This document shows positions 9,209 to 18,901 of a stretch of 32,791 nucleotides of DNA, piece after piece (the stretch's first letter is position 1; each line of letters opens with the position of its first letter). Where the stretch lies: the IMG/VR virus record IMGVR_UViG_3300032329_000221, positions 1 to 32,791 of that record. One strand, given 5' to 3'. Made by a program: the position numbers and the translations under genes. Source of the stretch: a virus (Duplodnaviria > Caudoviricetes). Under the pieces are notes generated by a model. It was not told the origin of the DNA, did no database searches, and saw only the letters and a list, made by a program, of their open reading frames with translations.

Positions 9209-9537
9209 TTAACCTTACAGATGCAATTTATCAACTTTATCCACAAGTTAAATCAACTATTGGTGATATTGCTTACGATGCAAACGGCAATGAAGTTTCT
9301 TATGATTTAGCTTTGGTAACTGCACAAGCGCAAAAAGACGATTGCAAATCACAAGCATCAGCACTTTTATATGCAACTGATTGGACTACTATTCCTGATG
9401 TAGCTGATTCAGCAAATAACCCATATTTGACTAATCAAGCAGAATTTATAGCTTGGCGCAGTCAAATTAGGGAATTAGCGGTAAATCCAGTTATTGATCC
9501 AGTTTTCCCAACGCAACCAACACCAGTTTGGGAATAA
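9205..9537 (+). CDS. Tail fibre assembly chaperone
   Basis: 110 aa; LLYATDWTTIPDV...WRSQIRELA...FPTQP chaperone signature. Confidence 0.75.
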   Translation: MINLTDAIYQLYPQVKSTIGDIAYDANGNEVSYDLALVTAQAQKDDCKSQASALLYATDWTTIPDVADSANNPYLTNQAEFIAWRSQIRELAVNPVIDPVFPTQPTPVWE

Positions 9538-9539
9538 TC

Positions 9540-9851
9540 ATGATTACTTATACATGGTCAATTTTAGAAATATTTGGGGATCAGACAATTTCCAAAGTTC
9601 GTTACCTATTGAAAGCACAAGATGAGCAAAATACTGTTGAAACTGAAGGAGAGCATACTTTCCTTGAAGGCACAATTATTAAGCCTGTATCAGAAATTAA
9701 AGAAGATGATTTAACTCGCTGGATTGAGCAAGATACTACCCAAGATGAGGTAAACATCATAAAATTAAACCTAGAAAAACAGCTAGAAGCACTAAAAACC
9801 AGTAAAAAGATTGAATTTCCTTGGGAAAACAATACTTTTACGATTGGATAA
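9540..9851 (+). CDS. Hypothetical fibre-associated protein
   Basis: MITYTWSI...LTRWIE...FPW; acidic; closes the fibre cluster. Confidence 0.65.
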   Translation: MITYTWSILEIFGDQTISKVRYLLKAQDEQNTVETEGEHTFLEGTIIKPVSEIKEDDLTRWIEQDTTQDEVNIIKLNLEKQLEALKTSKKIEFPWENNTFTIG

Positions 9852-9854
9852 ACT

Positions 9855-11051
9855 ATGACAAAACCTATTGACATCATCAGCAGAGCTTTAAAAGACATTG
9901 GCGCTTTGGAAGCTGGAGAGCAGCCTTCAGCCGATGCTGCTTTAGATGCTTTTGATATGATGAATGACCTCATAGACCAATGGTCAAATGAGAATATGAT
10001 GGTTTTCAACATAACTGAGATCATATTTCCAGTTGTGCCAGGTCAAGTTCAATACACTATTGGCCCTAATCCATCTACTGCAAACTTTATTGGAGCTTCA
10101 TTTACAGGCACTTTTTCAGGCGATGTTCTTACAGTTACTGGTTTAAATTCAGGAGCTGTAGCACAAGGTCAATATCTTAAAGGTCAAGGAATTACGGCTG
10201 GAACTCAGATTGTTAGATCTTTAACTGGAGCTGGCGGTCAAGTAAACGAAGTTGGTACTTATTTGCTTAATAAAGTTCAGGGTACACAAACTCCTGTATT
10301 TACAGGCTCAATATCAGGAACAACTCTAACAGTAACTGCGGTTGCTTCAGGAGCTGTCAATGTTGGATCGGTTATTAGCGGAACTGGAATTACTGCTGGA
10401 ACAACCATTAGCGCTTTAATTAGCGGAACTGGTGGAACTGGCACTTATACAGTTAGCGCATCCCAAACTGTAGCCTCTACAACCATTACTGGAACAATCG
10501 TTCCTTCAACGATAACTGCTTACTATCAAAAACCATTAGGGATAGATTCTGCCTATGTAAGGGTAAATACTAGTTCAAATGGTCAGCCTATTGCCAATGG
10601 CGGTTTGGATTACCAAATGGCAGTATTGGCTTTGGATAACTACAACTCGATTGGTCTTAAAACATTAAATGGGCCTTGGCCTAAAGCTGTTTATTTCAAT
10701 GCTGGAGAGCAATCAGGAAATGTATTTTTATGGCCTAATCCATCACAAGGCGAAGTCCATTTATTTGCTGAAACCTTGTTTAGCAACTATGGCAATATGT
10801 ATGACGATATAGTGCTTCCACAAGGCTATTCAATGTGCCTTAGATGGTGTTTGGCAGAGCGTTTGATGCCTATGTACGGCAAAGCCTCACAGACTCAAAT
10901 TACGATGATTAACGCTTATGCTGCACAAGCCAAAGCAACGCTTAAAAGAACAAACATGGCCCCAGCTCAAAGCGCTCAATTTGCCGATGCAATGCTTTCA
11001 AGCCGTCAAAAAGATGCTGGTTGGATTCTTAATGGTGGATTCTTTAGATAA
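9855..11051 (+). CDS. Head-tail adaptor (P22 gp4-like) with inserted beta repeats
   Basis: [13 protein letters not shown]...[15 protein letters not shown]-terminus and [22 protein letters not shown]-terminus; precedes gp10-like gene. Confidence 0.75.
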   Translation: MTKPIDIISRALKDIGALEAGEQPSADAALDAFDMMNDLIDQWSNENMMVFNITEIIFPVVPGQVQYTIGPNPSTANFIGASFTGTFSGDVLTVTGLNSGAVAQGQYLKGQGITAGTQIVRSLTGAGGQVNEVGTYLLNKVQGTQTPVFTGSISGTTLTVTAVASGAVNVGSVISGTGITAGTTISALISGTGGTGTYTVSASQTVASTTITGTIVPSTITAYYQKPLGIDSAYVRVNTSSNGQPIANGGLDYQMAVLALDNYNSIGLKTLNGPWPKAVYFNAGEQSGNVFLWPNPSQGEVHLFAETLFSNYGNMYDDIVLPQGYSMCLRWCLAERLMPMYGKASQTQITMINAYAAQAKATLKRTNMAPAQSAQFADAMLSSRQKDAGWILNGGFFR

Positions 11052-11060
11052 GGCTGGAAA

Positions 11061-13190
11061 ATGGCTGATTTTGGCTTTGTTGGTTCGGCTTATGAAGCTC
11101 CTTCCATCTATCAAGATGCTCAGGAGTGTATAAACTTTAGACCTGAAGTTGATCCTACTAAACAACCTGGATCAAGGGGAGTTGTTGCGCTTTATCCAAC
11201 TCCAGGTCTTACTAATGTGGTAACACTTCAAACTGCTCAAGCCGTTAGAGGAATGAGAGCTATTTCAGGTCAAGATTACCTTGTAGCGGTATGTGGCCCT
11301 TATGTTTATGTAATGGGAACAAACTTTACAGCAACCATTATTGGTCAATTAAATACCTCAACTGGTCAAGTAAGCATTGCCGATAATGGTACTAATGTCT
11401 ATATTGTGGATGGGGTAAATCGCTATACATGGCGCATTTCTAATCCAAATTCGGCTGTTTTTGAAGGCACAATTAGCGGAACAACTCTTACTGTAACTAG
11501 GGTTCTCTCAGGAACTATTGCTGCCAATCAAGCTCTATTTGGAGTTGGTATTTCTAATGAAACTGTTATTGTTTCAGGATCAGGAACTACTTGGACTTTA
11601 AATCAAAGTCATACCATTGGAACTGCAATTCGCATGAATTCAGCCACAGTCGCTGCGGTAATAACGGCTTCTATGGCATCAACTACTTTAACTGTAAGCG
11701 CTGTAGCAAGCGGAACTTTATATGTTGGGCAGACTATTCAAGGCTCTACAGTAACAGCCAAAACTATCATTACTGCATTAGGTAGTGGAACAGTTCTTAG
11801 CGAAACAATCGCTACTGCTGGTACAGGATATGCAGTAAACGAAAATATAACTGTTTTAGGCGGTGTTTATGGATCTAGCCCTGCTACTTATACAGTTACC
11901 TCTATTGGCGGTTCAGGGGCTGTTACAGGGCTTACAAGGACATTTTCAGGGCAATATACATCTAACCCTGCAAACAACGCTTCTACTTCATCAGATGGCG
12001 CAGGAACAGGGCTAACCCTTACTTTGACTTTTGGAACAGGAACTGGAACTACTGGTAATTATGTTATCAACAATAGCCAAACTGTTACTTCTAGAACCAT
12101 GTATGCGCTTAATTTTAGCGAATTACCAGCCTCAGATGGAGCATTTACAGGAGCATCTTCTGTTGATGTAGTAGATAACTATTTTGTCTATAACAGACCT
12201 GATACTCAGCAATATGCTTCTTCTGATCTGTTATCCCCCATTACTTACGGATTGGCTTTTGCTAGTAAATTTACAGGGCCTGATGATCTTGTTTCATTGA
12301 TCGTGGATCATGGTCAAATCTATTTATTAGGTGAAAAGACTTCAGAGGTTTGGGCTGATGTGGGAACTTTTCCATTTCCTTTCCAGCGCATCCCTGGCGC
12401 ATCTAGCCAGCATGGAATAGCTGCCAAATTTAGTATGGCTCGATTTGGTAATTCTTTTGCTTATGTTTCAAGAAATGATCGTGGTCAAGCCGTTATTGTG
12501 CAAATGAATGGCTATTTCCCACAGCGTATTTCTACTCATGCTGTAGAAAATACCCTTGTTAATCAAAACATTAGCGATGCAGTTGCCTACACTTACCAGC
12601 TTGAAGGGCATGAGTGCTATGTAGTTACATTCCCAAGCCTAGAATTAACTTGGGTATTTGATGGATCTACTCAAATGTGGCATAAATGGCTTTGGTGCGA
12701 TAACCAAAACAACTATAAGCGCCATAGATCAAACTGCGCTGCTTTTTTTCAAGGATCAGTATTGGTAGGAGATTGGGAAAATGGGCAGATTTATCGTTTA
12801 GATCCTGATAATTACACAGATAATGGTCAGAATATCCGTAGGATGCGTAGATGCCCTCATTTGGTAACAGACTTCCAAAGGCAATATTTTGATGAATTGC
12901 AAATTCAATTTCAACCTGGGGTTGGATTGCAGGGTATTGAAACTTTTCCATTAGGTGATAACGACATTGGTATAAACCCTCAAGCTATGCTCCGTTGGTC
13001 TAATGATGGCGGTTCTACATGGTCAAATGAGCATTGGGCTGGTATTGGTAAAGTCGGTAAATACCAAAATCGTATTATTTGGCGCAGATTAGGTCAGGCA
13101 AGGGATCGGATCTATGAAGTAGTGGTTACTGATCCAGTTAAGGCGGTGATAGTGTCTGCTAACTTAAAAGCATCAGTTGGAGAAAACTAA
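11061..13190 (+). CDS. Tail hub / packaged DNA stabilisation protein (P22 gp10-like)
   Basis: 709 aa; ECINF, LYPTPGL, YQLEGHECYV, WHKW, LRWSNDGGSTWS and WRRLGQARDR motifs. Confidence 0.88.
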   Translation: MADFGFVGSAYEAPSIYQDAQECINFRPEVDPTKQPGSRGVVALYPTPGLTNVVTLQTAQAVRGMRAISGQDYLVAVCGPYVYVMGTNFTATIIGQLNTSTGQVSIADNGTNVYIVDGVNRYTWRISNPNSAVFEGTISGTTLTVTRVLSGTIAANQALFGVGISNETVIVSGSGTTWTLNQSHTIGTAIRMNSATVAAVITASMASTTLTVSAVASGTLYVGQTIQGSTVTAKTIITALGSGTVLSETIATAGTGYAVNENITVLGGVYGSSPATYTVTSIGGSGAVTGLTRTFSGQYTSNPANNASTSSDGAGTGLTLTLTFGTGTGTTGNYVINNSQTVTSRTMYALNFSELPASDGAFTGASSVDVVDNYFVYNRPDTQQYASSDLLSPITYGLAFASKFTGPDDLVSLIVDHGQIYLLGEKTSEVWADVGTFPFPFQRIPGASSQHGIAAKFSMARFGNSFAYVSRNDRGQAVIVQMNGYFPQRISTHAVENTLVNQNISDAVAYTYQLEGHECYVVTFPSLELTWVFDGSTQMWHKWLWCDNQNNYKRHRSNCAAFFQGSVLVGDWENGQIYRLDPDNYTDNGQNIRRMRRCPHLVTDFQRQYFDELQIQFQPGVGLQGIETFPLGDNDIGINPQAMLRWSNDGGSTWSNEHWAGIGKVGKYQNRIIWRRLGQARDRIYEVVVTDPVKAVIVSANLKASVGEN

Positions 13191-13429
13191 TGGCTAATCA
13201 GATATTTGGGCCAAGCCAAGATAATCCTTATCCACAGACTGATTTTATGGATGAGCAAACTAAAAGACCAACAAGGGCTTGGCAGATCTTCTTTGCAAAC
13301 TTGCTTAACTTTAATAAAACAGCGCCTTCAGCTACATCAGGAGGAGCAGTTTTGCCTGCTAATCCTGTAGGTTTTATTGAAATGTCTGTAAATGGCAAGA
13401 TCTATAAAGTGCCTTATTACAATGTCTGA
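13190..13429 (+). CDS. Short tail protein at the needle/plug (gp26) position
   Basis: 79 aa; PTRAWQIFFANL N-terminal helix, directly after gp10-like gene; function is positional inference. Confidence 0.5.
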   Translation: MANQIFGPSQDNPYPQTDFMDEQTKRPTRAWQIFFANLLNFNKTAPSATSGGAVLPANPVGFIEMSVNGKIYKVPYYNV

Positions 13430-14255
13430 ACTTCAAGTTATAACTGAAGAAAAAGTGCAAACTTTAGAAAAGCACTTTTTAAAAGAAAAACAGGCTGACT
13501 GTCCTGTAAAGCATATATTTGCTCCTAATATCTATATCAGAGAAGTATCTATTCCAGCAGGAACATTTTCTATTGGTCATTATCAGACTACCGAGCATTT
13601 AAATATCATGCTCAAAGGTCGAGTAACAATGGTTAATGAAGATGGATCGCATACAGAATTAGTAGCTCCTCAGACCTTTGTTTCAAAGCCAGGTCGCAAA
13701 ATAGGTTATATCCATGAAGATATGGTTTGGCAAAATGTCTATTCAACCAATGAAACTGAAGTAGAAAAGCTAGAAGCTACTTATTTAAATAAAAGCATTA
13801 CTTGGCAAGAAAACCAAAAATCACAGGAATTACTTCTTACTTTAGACCACTCTCCTGATATTGCTGATTATTACTTGGCAATAGCAGAGTTTGGCTTTGA
13901 CCATGAAACAGTCAGAAAACAGACTGAAAACATGGAAGATCAAATTCCTATGCCTTTTGGCAACTACAAAATAATGGTTGCTAATTCTAGAATTGATGGA
14001 AAAGGTGTATTTGCCACAGGCAATATTGAAGAAGGTGAAGTTATTGCTCCAGCTCGTATTGATGGCAAAAGAACCCCTGCTGGTAGATATACAAATCATT
14101 CAAAAAATATTAACGCAATCATGGTTTTAAGAGATAATGGGAACATTGATTTAGTAGCAAAAAAGGCAATAAATGGATGCCAAGGTGGTAATTTGGGAGA
14201 AGAAATTACTATTGACTATCGGCAAGCATTAAGCCTTGCAATAAGGAGAGATTAA
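13422..14255 (+). CDS. Cupin-like domain fused to SET domain (putative lysine methyltransferase)
   Basis: N-part HIFAPNIYIREVSIPAG...EHLNIMLKG...FVSKPG; C-part SRIDGKGVFA, RYTNHS, GEEITIDY are canonical SET motifs. Confidence 0.8.
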   Translation: MSELQVITEEKVQTLEKHFLKEKQADCPVKHIFAPNIYIREVSIPAGTFSIGHYQTTEHLNIMLKGRVTMVNEDGSHTELVAPQTFVSKPGRKIGYIHEDMVWQNVYSTNETEVEKLEATYLNKSITWQENQKSQELLLTLDHSPDIADYYLAIAEFGFDHETVRKQTENMEDQIPMPFGNYKIMVANSRIDGKGVFATGNIEEGEVIAPARIDGKRTPAGRYTNHSKNINAIMVLRDNGNIDLVAKKAINGCQGGNLGEEITIDYRQALSLAIRRD

Positions 14256-15020
14256 ATGTCAGGAGTCGCAACAGCAATCGTTGTAGGATCAGTAGCTAGT
14301 GGCTATATGGCAAGCCAAGCCACTAAAAGCGCTGCACAAACTCAAGCAGATGCCGCAGCTAGAGCGCAAGGTCAATTATTGGCAAGTGGTCAAGAGGCTG
14401 CTGATGTTTATAATCCCTATGTAAATAAAGGAGTTACAGCTCTTAATAAAATGGCTGAAGATCCTTATTTTACTCAGCAATTTACCAATAAAGATTTAAA
14501 TGCTACTTTAGCTCCAGGCTATGACTTTAGATTGCGCCAAGGTCAGCAAGCAAACATGATGGCTAACAATGTAAGTGGTGGAGCTGTAGGCGGCAATGCT
14601 TTAAAAGCCTTGCAAGATTACAGCCAAAACTTTGCATCAGGAGAATATGGAACTGCTTTTAATCAATTCCAAGCTCAAAGAAGCAATATTTATTCAAATC
14701 TTCAAAATATTGCGAATATGGGCTTAACAGGATCTACTGGTCAAGCTAATGCAATTATTGGAACTGGAACTAATGTGGCAGGGCTTACAAATGCTGCTGG
14801 TAATGCTCAAGCTGCATCTCAAATTGCTCAAGGCAATATTTATGGAAATGTTGCAAATACGGCAGGAAACGCAGCAGCTTATTACGCTATGAACCAAAAT
14901 CAAAATCCTTATCAAAATATGGGAATTAGCGGAAATCAAAATACTGGTTATACCTATCAAAACCAAGTTGGGCCTACTGAATCAGGTGGCAATTTAAGCA
15001 ATTTGAATTTAAGGACATAA
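14256..15020 (+). CDS. DNA ejection protein (gp7-like)
   Basis: 254 aa Ala/Gly/Gln/Asn-rich; hydrophobic N-terminus, PGYDFRLRQG and GNALKALQDYSQNFASGEY motifs. Confidence 0.75.
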   Translation: MSGVATAIVVGSVASGYMASQATKSAAQTQADAAARAQGQLLASGQEAADVYNPYVNKGVTALNKMAEDPYFTQQFTNKDLNATLAPGYDFRLRQGQQANMMANNVSGGAVGGNALKALQDYSQNFASGEYGTAFNQFQAQRSNIYSNLQNIANMGLTGSTGQANAIIGTGTNVAGLTNAAGNAQAASQIAQGNIYGNVANTAGNAAAYYAMNQNQNPYQNMGISGNQNTGYTYQNQVGPTESGGNLSNLNLRT

Positions 15021-15021
15021 T

Positions 15022-16335
15022 ATGCCAGCACTTAGTTCATTACCTGACGCAAGTATTTATGGAGGCGCACCAGCTCCTCAAAAAGCCATGTCTTTACAAG
15101 AAATGGTTGATCTTGGTCGCACTTCTACTGCATTGCAAAAAGAAAAAGCCTTGTTGCCTTCAGCAATTCAACAAGGACAAGCACAAGCTCAAACAGCCAC
15201 TATACAAGCAGATACAGCTAAATTAGATAATAATTTGAAGCATATTGGCACAATTATTCAAGATCAGCAAACGCTTTTAACAAAGCCTGATCTTACTGCC
15301 AATGACATTATTGAAAAAGCAAAATCATCTGCAAAGCAATTTAATACTCCAAAAGAAGCATTAGATCAATCTATTGCTGCAATTCCTGTAAACGGATCTC
15401 CTTCTGAATTAAGGGCTTATTTGGCTACTAATTTGGCAAAAACTTTAAGCGCTCAATCGCAACTTGAAAAAATGTATCCAGGCGGTATATTGCCATCTCA
15501 GTTGCCACAGTCTTATCAACCATCTCCTGCTACTACAGAAGGTGGATATGCTGCTACTGGCACTCAAACTCCTCCTAAAGGGGTTACTGCGGAACAGATG
15601 GCGCAACCAGCTAAATCAGATTTCAGCAAGCCTGTTGCTTTGTCTTATCCTGTCAGGCAAGCTGGTCAAGCCTTTACAGCGCTTCCACAAGAGGAAGATG
15701 AGCGTAAGATTGGAACTCAAACCAAATCAGCTTTATTCCAAAGACAAGCAGAGCTTCCACAAGCTGAAAGAACAATTAAAAGAGCTATTGAAAAAGCTCA
15801 AGAAATTGGAAAAGCAGAGTGGAATCAGGGAGCTGGTGCTTTGGGTTCTGCTGGTAGGAAATTTTCTGTATTTCTTGGAACTGAACAAGGAGTTGCTTAT
15901 AAAGAATTGGGCAAAGATTTGGCTCAAAATGCCATTGCAAACATTAAGGCAATGGGTGGTTCTTTAGATACTGTAAATGGTCAGCAACTTACTAAGATGG
16001 CTAATGGAGATGAAACATATCCTCCAAAAGTATTAATAGAAATTGCTCAAAGAACTCAAGCTGATATGACTGCTCTTGATTCAAAAGCAACGGCAATGAA
16101 GAAATTTGCTGATAAGTTTGGAGATCAAAATATTAGCGCATTTAATCAGATGTGGAAAAACAATGCTGATCCTGACATTTTTCAACTTAAAAATATATTT
16201 GATGATCCAAATATGTCTGCTAAAGAAAAAGCTGATGCTAGAGATAAGTTAATTGGAACTAGCGAAAAACAAAAGAGACTTTTTAATGAGAAATGGAATA
16301 ACATTAAGAAATTAGAGCAAACAGGAAGCCTGTAA
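15022..16335 (+). CDS. DNA ejection protein (gp20-like position)
   Basis: 437 aa helical Ala/Gln/Lys-rich, between two other ejection genes. Confidence 0.6.
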   Translation: MPALSSLPDASIYGGAPAPQKAMSLQEMVDLGRTSTALQKEKALLPSAIQQGQAQAQTATIQADTAKLDNNLKHIGTIIQDQQTLLTKPDLTANDIIEKAKSSAKQFNTPKEALDQSIAAIPVNGSPSELRAYLATNLAKTLSAQSQLEKMYPGGILPSQLPQSYQPSPATTEGGYAATGTQTPPKGVTAEQMAQPAKSDFSKPVALSYPVRQAGQAFTALPQEEDERKIGTQTKSALFQRQAELPQAERTIKRAIEKAQEIGKAEWNQGAGALGSAGRKFSVFLGTEQGVAYKELGKDLAQNAIANIKAMGGSLDTVNGQQLTKMANGDETYPPKVLIEIAQRTQADMTALDSKATAMKKFADKFGDQNISAFNQMWKNNADPDIFQLKNIFDDPNMSAKEKADARDKLIGTSEKQKRLFNEKWNNIKKLEQTGSL

Positions 16336-18899
16336 TGGATGAATTTAGCCAATTCTTAATGGGTGGACAAGCAAAGTCTAATCCACAAGCTAATCCCTTA
16401 GTAAATCCTGTAGCCTCAAAAGGAGGCTCTGCTGTCATTACTGATGAATTATTGGATAGCTTAAAGCGTACAGAAAGTGGTAAGCAGAAATTTGCTTTAA
16501 ACAAAGAGTCAGGCGCAATGGGTGATTATCAATTCATTCCATCTACTGTAAAAATGCTGCATGAGCAAGGATATGAATTTAATCCATTTAATCCAACTCA
16601 AGCTAGAGAAGCAGCTAAACATTATTTAACTACTTTGGTTGAAAAAACAGGCAGTTTAGATAAGGCTTTGGCTGCTTATGGCGGTCATATTACAAAAGAT
16701 CCTACTGCTTATGTAAACAAAGTAGTTGGTGGCGCTCAACAGACTCCAGCAACTCAAACAGCAACCCAAGAATCTTCTGATTCATTTTCATCATTTTTGA
16801 TGGGTGGTAAAGCAGAATCTAAAGAAGCTAGTAAAGAGCCTAAACAAGCATTAAAGCCTAAGTTGTTTGGTCAAGCTGAAGGCATGGAAGATAGCAACAA
16901 GACCTTTATGGAAAAGTTTGCTGAACGCTCTAAAAAATCTACAGAAAGACAAAAAACTGAATTAGCTCCTATGGCATCTTTGGCTGATGTGGCTGCTGGT
17001 GTTGTGCCAGGAACAGTTGCTACAGTTGCTTATCCTGTTGCTAGAGCGTTTGGTCAATCTCCTGAAAAGGCTACACAAATTGCACAAGGTTTATCAGAAC
17101 CTTTAAATCAACCATTTGGTAAAGCATTGGGAGTAACTGAAACTCCTCAATATAAAGGTGAGTTTAGTCGTCAAGCAATGGAAACTGTTGCTAAATATGT
17201 TGGTGAAGGCGCAGAAGCTATTTCTCAAAAGACAGGCATCCCTAAAGAAGATGTGGAAAGTATGCTTAATAGCATTACTACTGCTGTTGGGGCTAAATTG
17301 CCTAAAGTTGGTGAAGCATTGCCTAAACTTAAAGCTCAATTTGAAAAGCAATTTCCAAGATTTGAAGAACCTACTCCAACTGCTCCTGTTGTTGCACAAC
17401 CAACAATGGCTGGAGTTGGCGCTGCTAAAACTGAAATCAATCCTTATGCTGGAAAAATTACAGGCGAAGAAACAGCTAGAGGTCAATATCCAACTGTAAA
17501 ACTTAGCAAAGTTAAAGAAGATGCTACACCAGTTGAACAATCAACTAGAGCTGATATTGCTAATGAAGTTCTTGGAAATACTGGTCAAGTTCGTAGCGGT
17601 GTAATAACTGGTAATGAAAACACTTTGCGTCAAGAATATACAGAAGCTAGATCAGCTAATCCAACCCCTAAAAGCGAAATTCTTAAAAAGCAGATTGCAG
17701 ATGAGCAAAACGCTTTATCTCGTTACGCTGAAAAGCGAATTGAGAATAGCGGTGCAAGCAATAATTTGCCATCAGATTATGAGCGTGGTCAGCTTATGAA
17801 TGATGCTATTGCTGGAAATGATGGATTAACTGGTTTTCTAAAAACAGAAAAACAAAAACTTTATGATGATGCAAGAGCAAAAGTTGGCGATAACCCTATT
17901 AAATCTGATTCTGTAGCAAATTTATTAGAAAATAAACAATTTAGAGCTGGTTTGGGTCTCAGAGGTAATGAAACTGTTGCTAAGAGTGCAGAACAACTTA
18001 TTGAACTGGCTAAGACTGTTGGTTTTGAAGATAAAGCAGGAAACATTCTTCCTCCAAACAGTATTGCTGCTTGGAAAGCTGTAAGAGAGGCTTTGAATGG
18101 CGAATGGACTAAAGACAATGCTTCAACAATAGGCAAAATTAATAGAGCCATTGATAAAGATATTGCTTTGGCTGGTGGTCAAGATTTATACAAAAAAGCC
18201 GACAATCTTTTCAAAGCTGAAAAGAAGATATTTGAGTCCAAAGGAATTAAAACTTTGTTTGGTGAAGTTGATCCAAATGGAGTTCAAACAGCTACTAATT
18301 TTGAAGCTATTCCCAAAAAACTCAATCAAATGCCAGTAGATCAATGGAAACATATTTACGACACTTACGATGAGATTTCTAAGGGCCGAGTTCGTGGTGC
18401 TGATTTTGATTTAGAAATAACTCCTGAATTGATTGATTATGCTAATGCTGCCAAAGCTGAAATGCGTGGTTCATTGGCTAGAGAAATATATCAAGCTGGA
18501 GCTGGCAAAGCTGGTGTTTGGAATCAAAACTCTGTAAATAACATTTTGAACGCTAGAGCCAAAAAGATTGAATATGCTTTTACTCCTGAAGAACAAAGAG
18601 CGTTCCATACATTAAATTATGCAGGGCATATCATGCCTGGAGTTCATGCTTATGAAGGGGCAGCTCTCCAAGGACAAAGAGTTGGAAAATTTGCTGAAAA
18701 ATTGCCTATGGTCGGTAGAGAAGCTGGAGCAGCAACTCGCTTGCCGTTTGGAGCAACCATTGGCGAAAAAATAGGTGAAAAAGCAGCTCAATTTACAATA
18801 GGTAAATCTGAAAAAAAACAAGCAAGCAAACTTCAAGAAGAAATGATGAAGAACGCTCAAAAAGGTAAAACTAAACTTCAAGACATAGGCAAGGAATAA
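16335..18899 (+). CDS. Large ejection protein with N-terminal lytic transglycosylase (SLT) domain
   Basis: 854 aa; RTESG catalytic Glu, SGAMGDYQFIPST, ALAAY, YVNKV SLT motifs followed by a long helical region. Confidence 0.8.
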   Translation: MDEFSQFLMGGQAKSNPQANPLVNPVASKGGSAVITDELLDSLKRTESGKQKFALNKESGAMGDYQFIPSTVKMLHEQGYEFNPFNPTQAREAAKHYLTTLVEKTGSLDKALAAYGGHITKDPTAYVNKVVGGAQQTPATQTATQESSDSFSSFLMGGKAESKEASKEPKQALKPKLFGQAEGMEDSNKTFMEKFAERSKKSTERQKTELAPMASLADVAAGVVPGTVATVAYPVARAFGQSPEKATQIAQGLSEPLNQPFGKALGVTETPQYKGEFSRQAMETVAKYVGEGAEAISQKTGIPKEDVESMLNSITTAVGAKLPKVGEALPKLKAQFEKQFPRFEEPTPTAPVVAQPTMAGVGAAKTEINPYAGKITGEETARGQYPTVKLSKVKEDATPVEQSTRADIANEVLGNTGQVRSGVITGNENTLRQEYTEARSANPTPKSEILKKQIADEQNALSRYAEKRIENSGASNNLPSDYERGQLMNDAIAGNDGLTGFLKTEKQKLYDDARAKVGDNPIKSDSVANLLENKQFRAGLGLRGNETVAKSAEQLIELAKTVGFEDKAGNILPPNSIAAWKAVREALNGEWTKDNASTIGKINRAIDKDIALAGGQDLYKKADNLFKAEKKIFESKGIKTLFGEVDPNGVQTATNFEAIPKKLNQMPVDQWKHIYDTYDEISKGRVRGADFDLEITPELIDYANAAKAEMRGSLAREIYQAGAGKAGVWNQNSVNNILNARAKKIEYAFTPEEQRAFHTLNYAGHIMPGVHAYEGAALQGQRVGKFAEKLPMVGREAGAATRLPFGATIGEKIGEKAAQFTIGKSEKKQASKLQEEMMKNAQKGKTKLQDIGKE

Positions 18900-18901
18900 T
18901 C

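Noticed and set aside
4464-9851. Diversity-generating retroelement or invertible shufflon in the fibre region
   Set aside because: No reverse transcriptase, recombinase, near-identical template/variable repeats or inverted cassettes.
15464-15967. 167 aa overlapping plus-strand ORF (also 17158-17499)
   Set aside because: Off-frame artefact of GCT/ACT/AAA codon bias in ejection genes.
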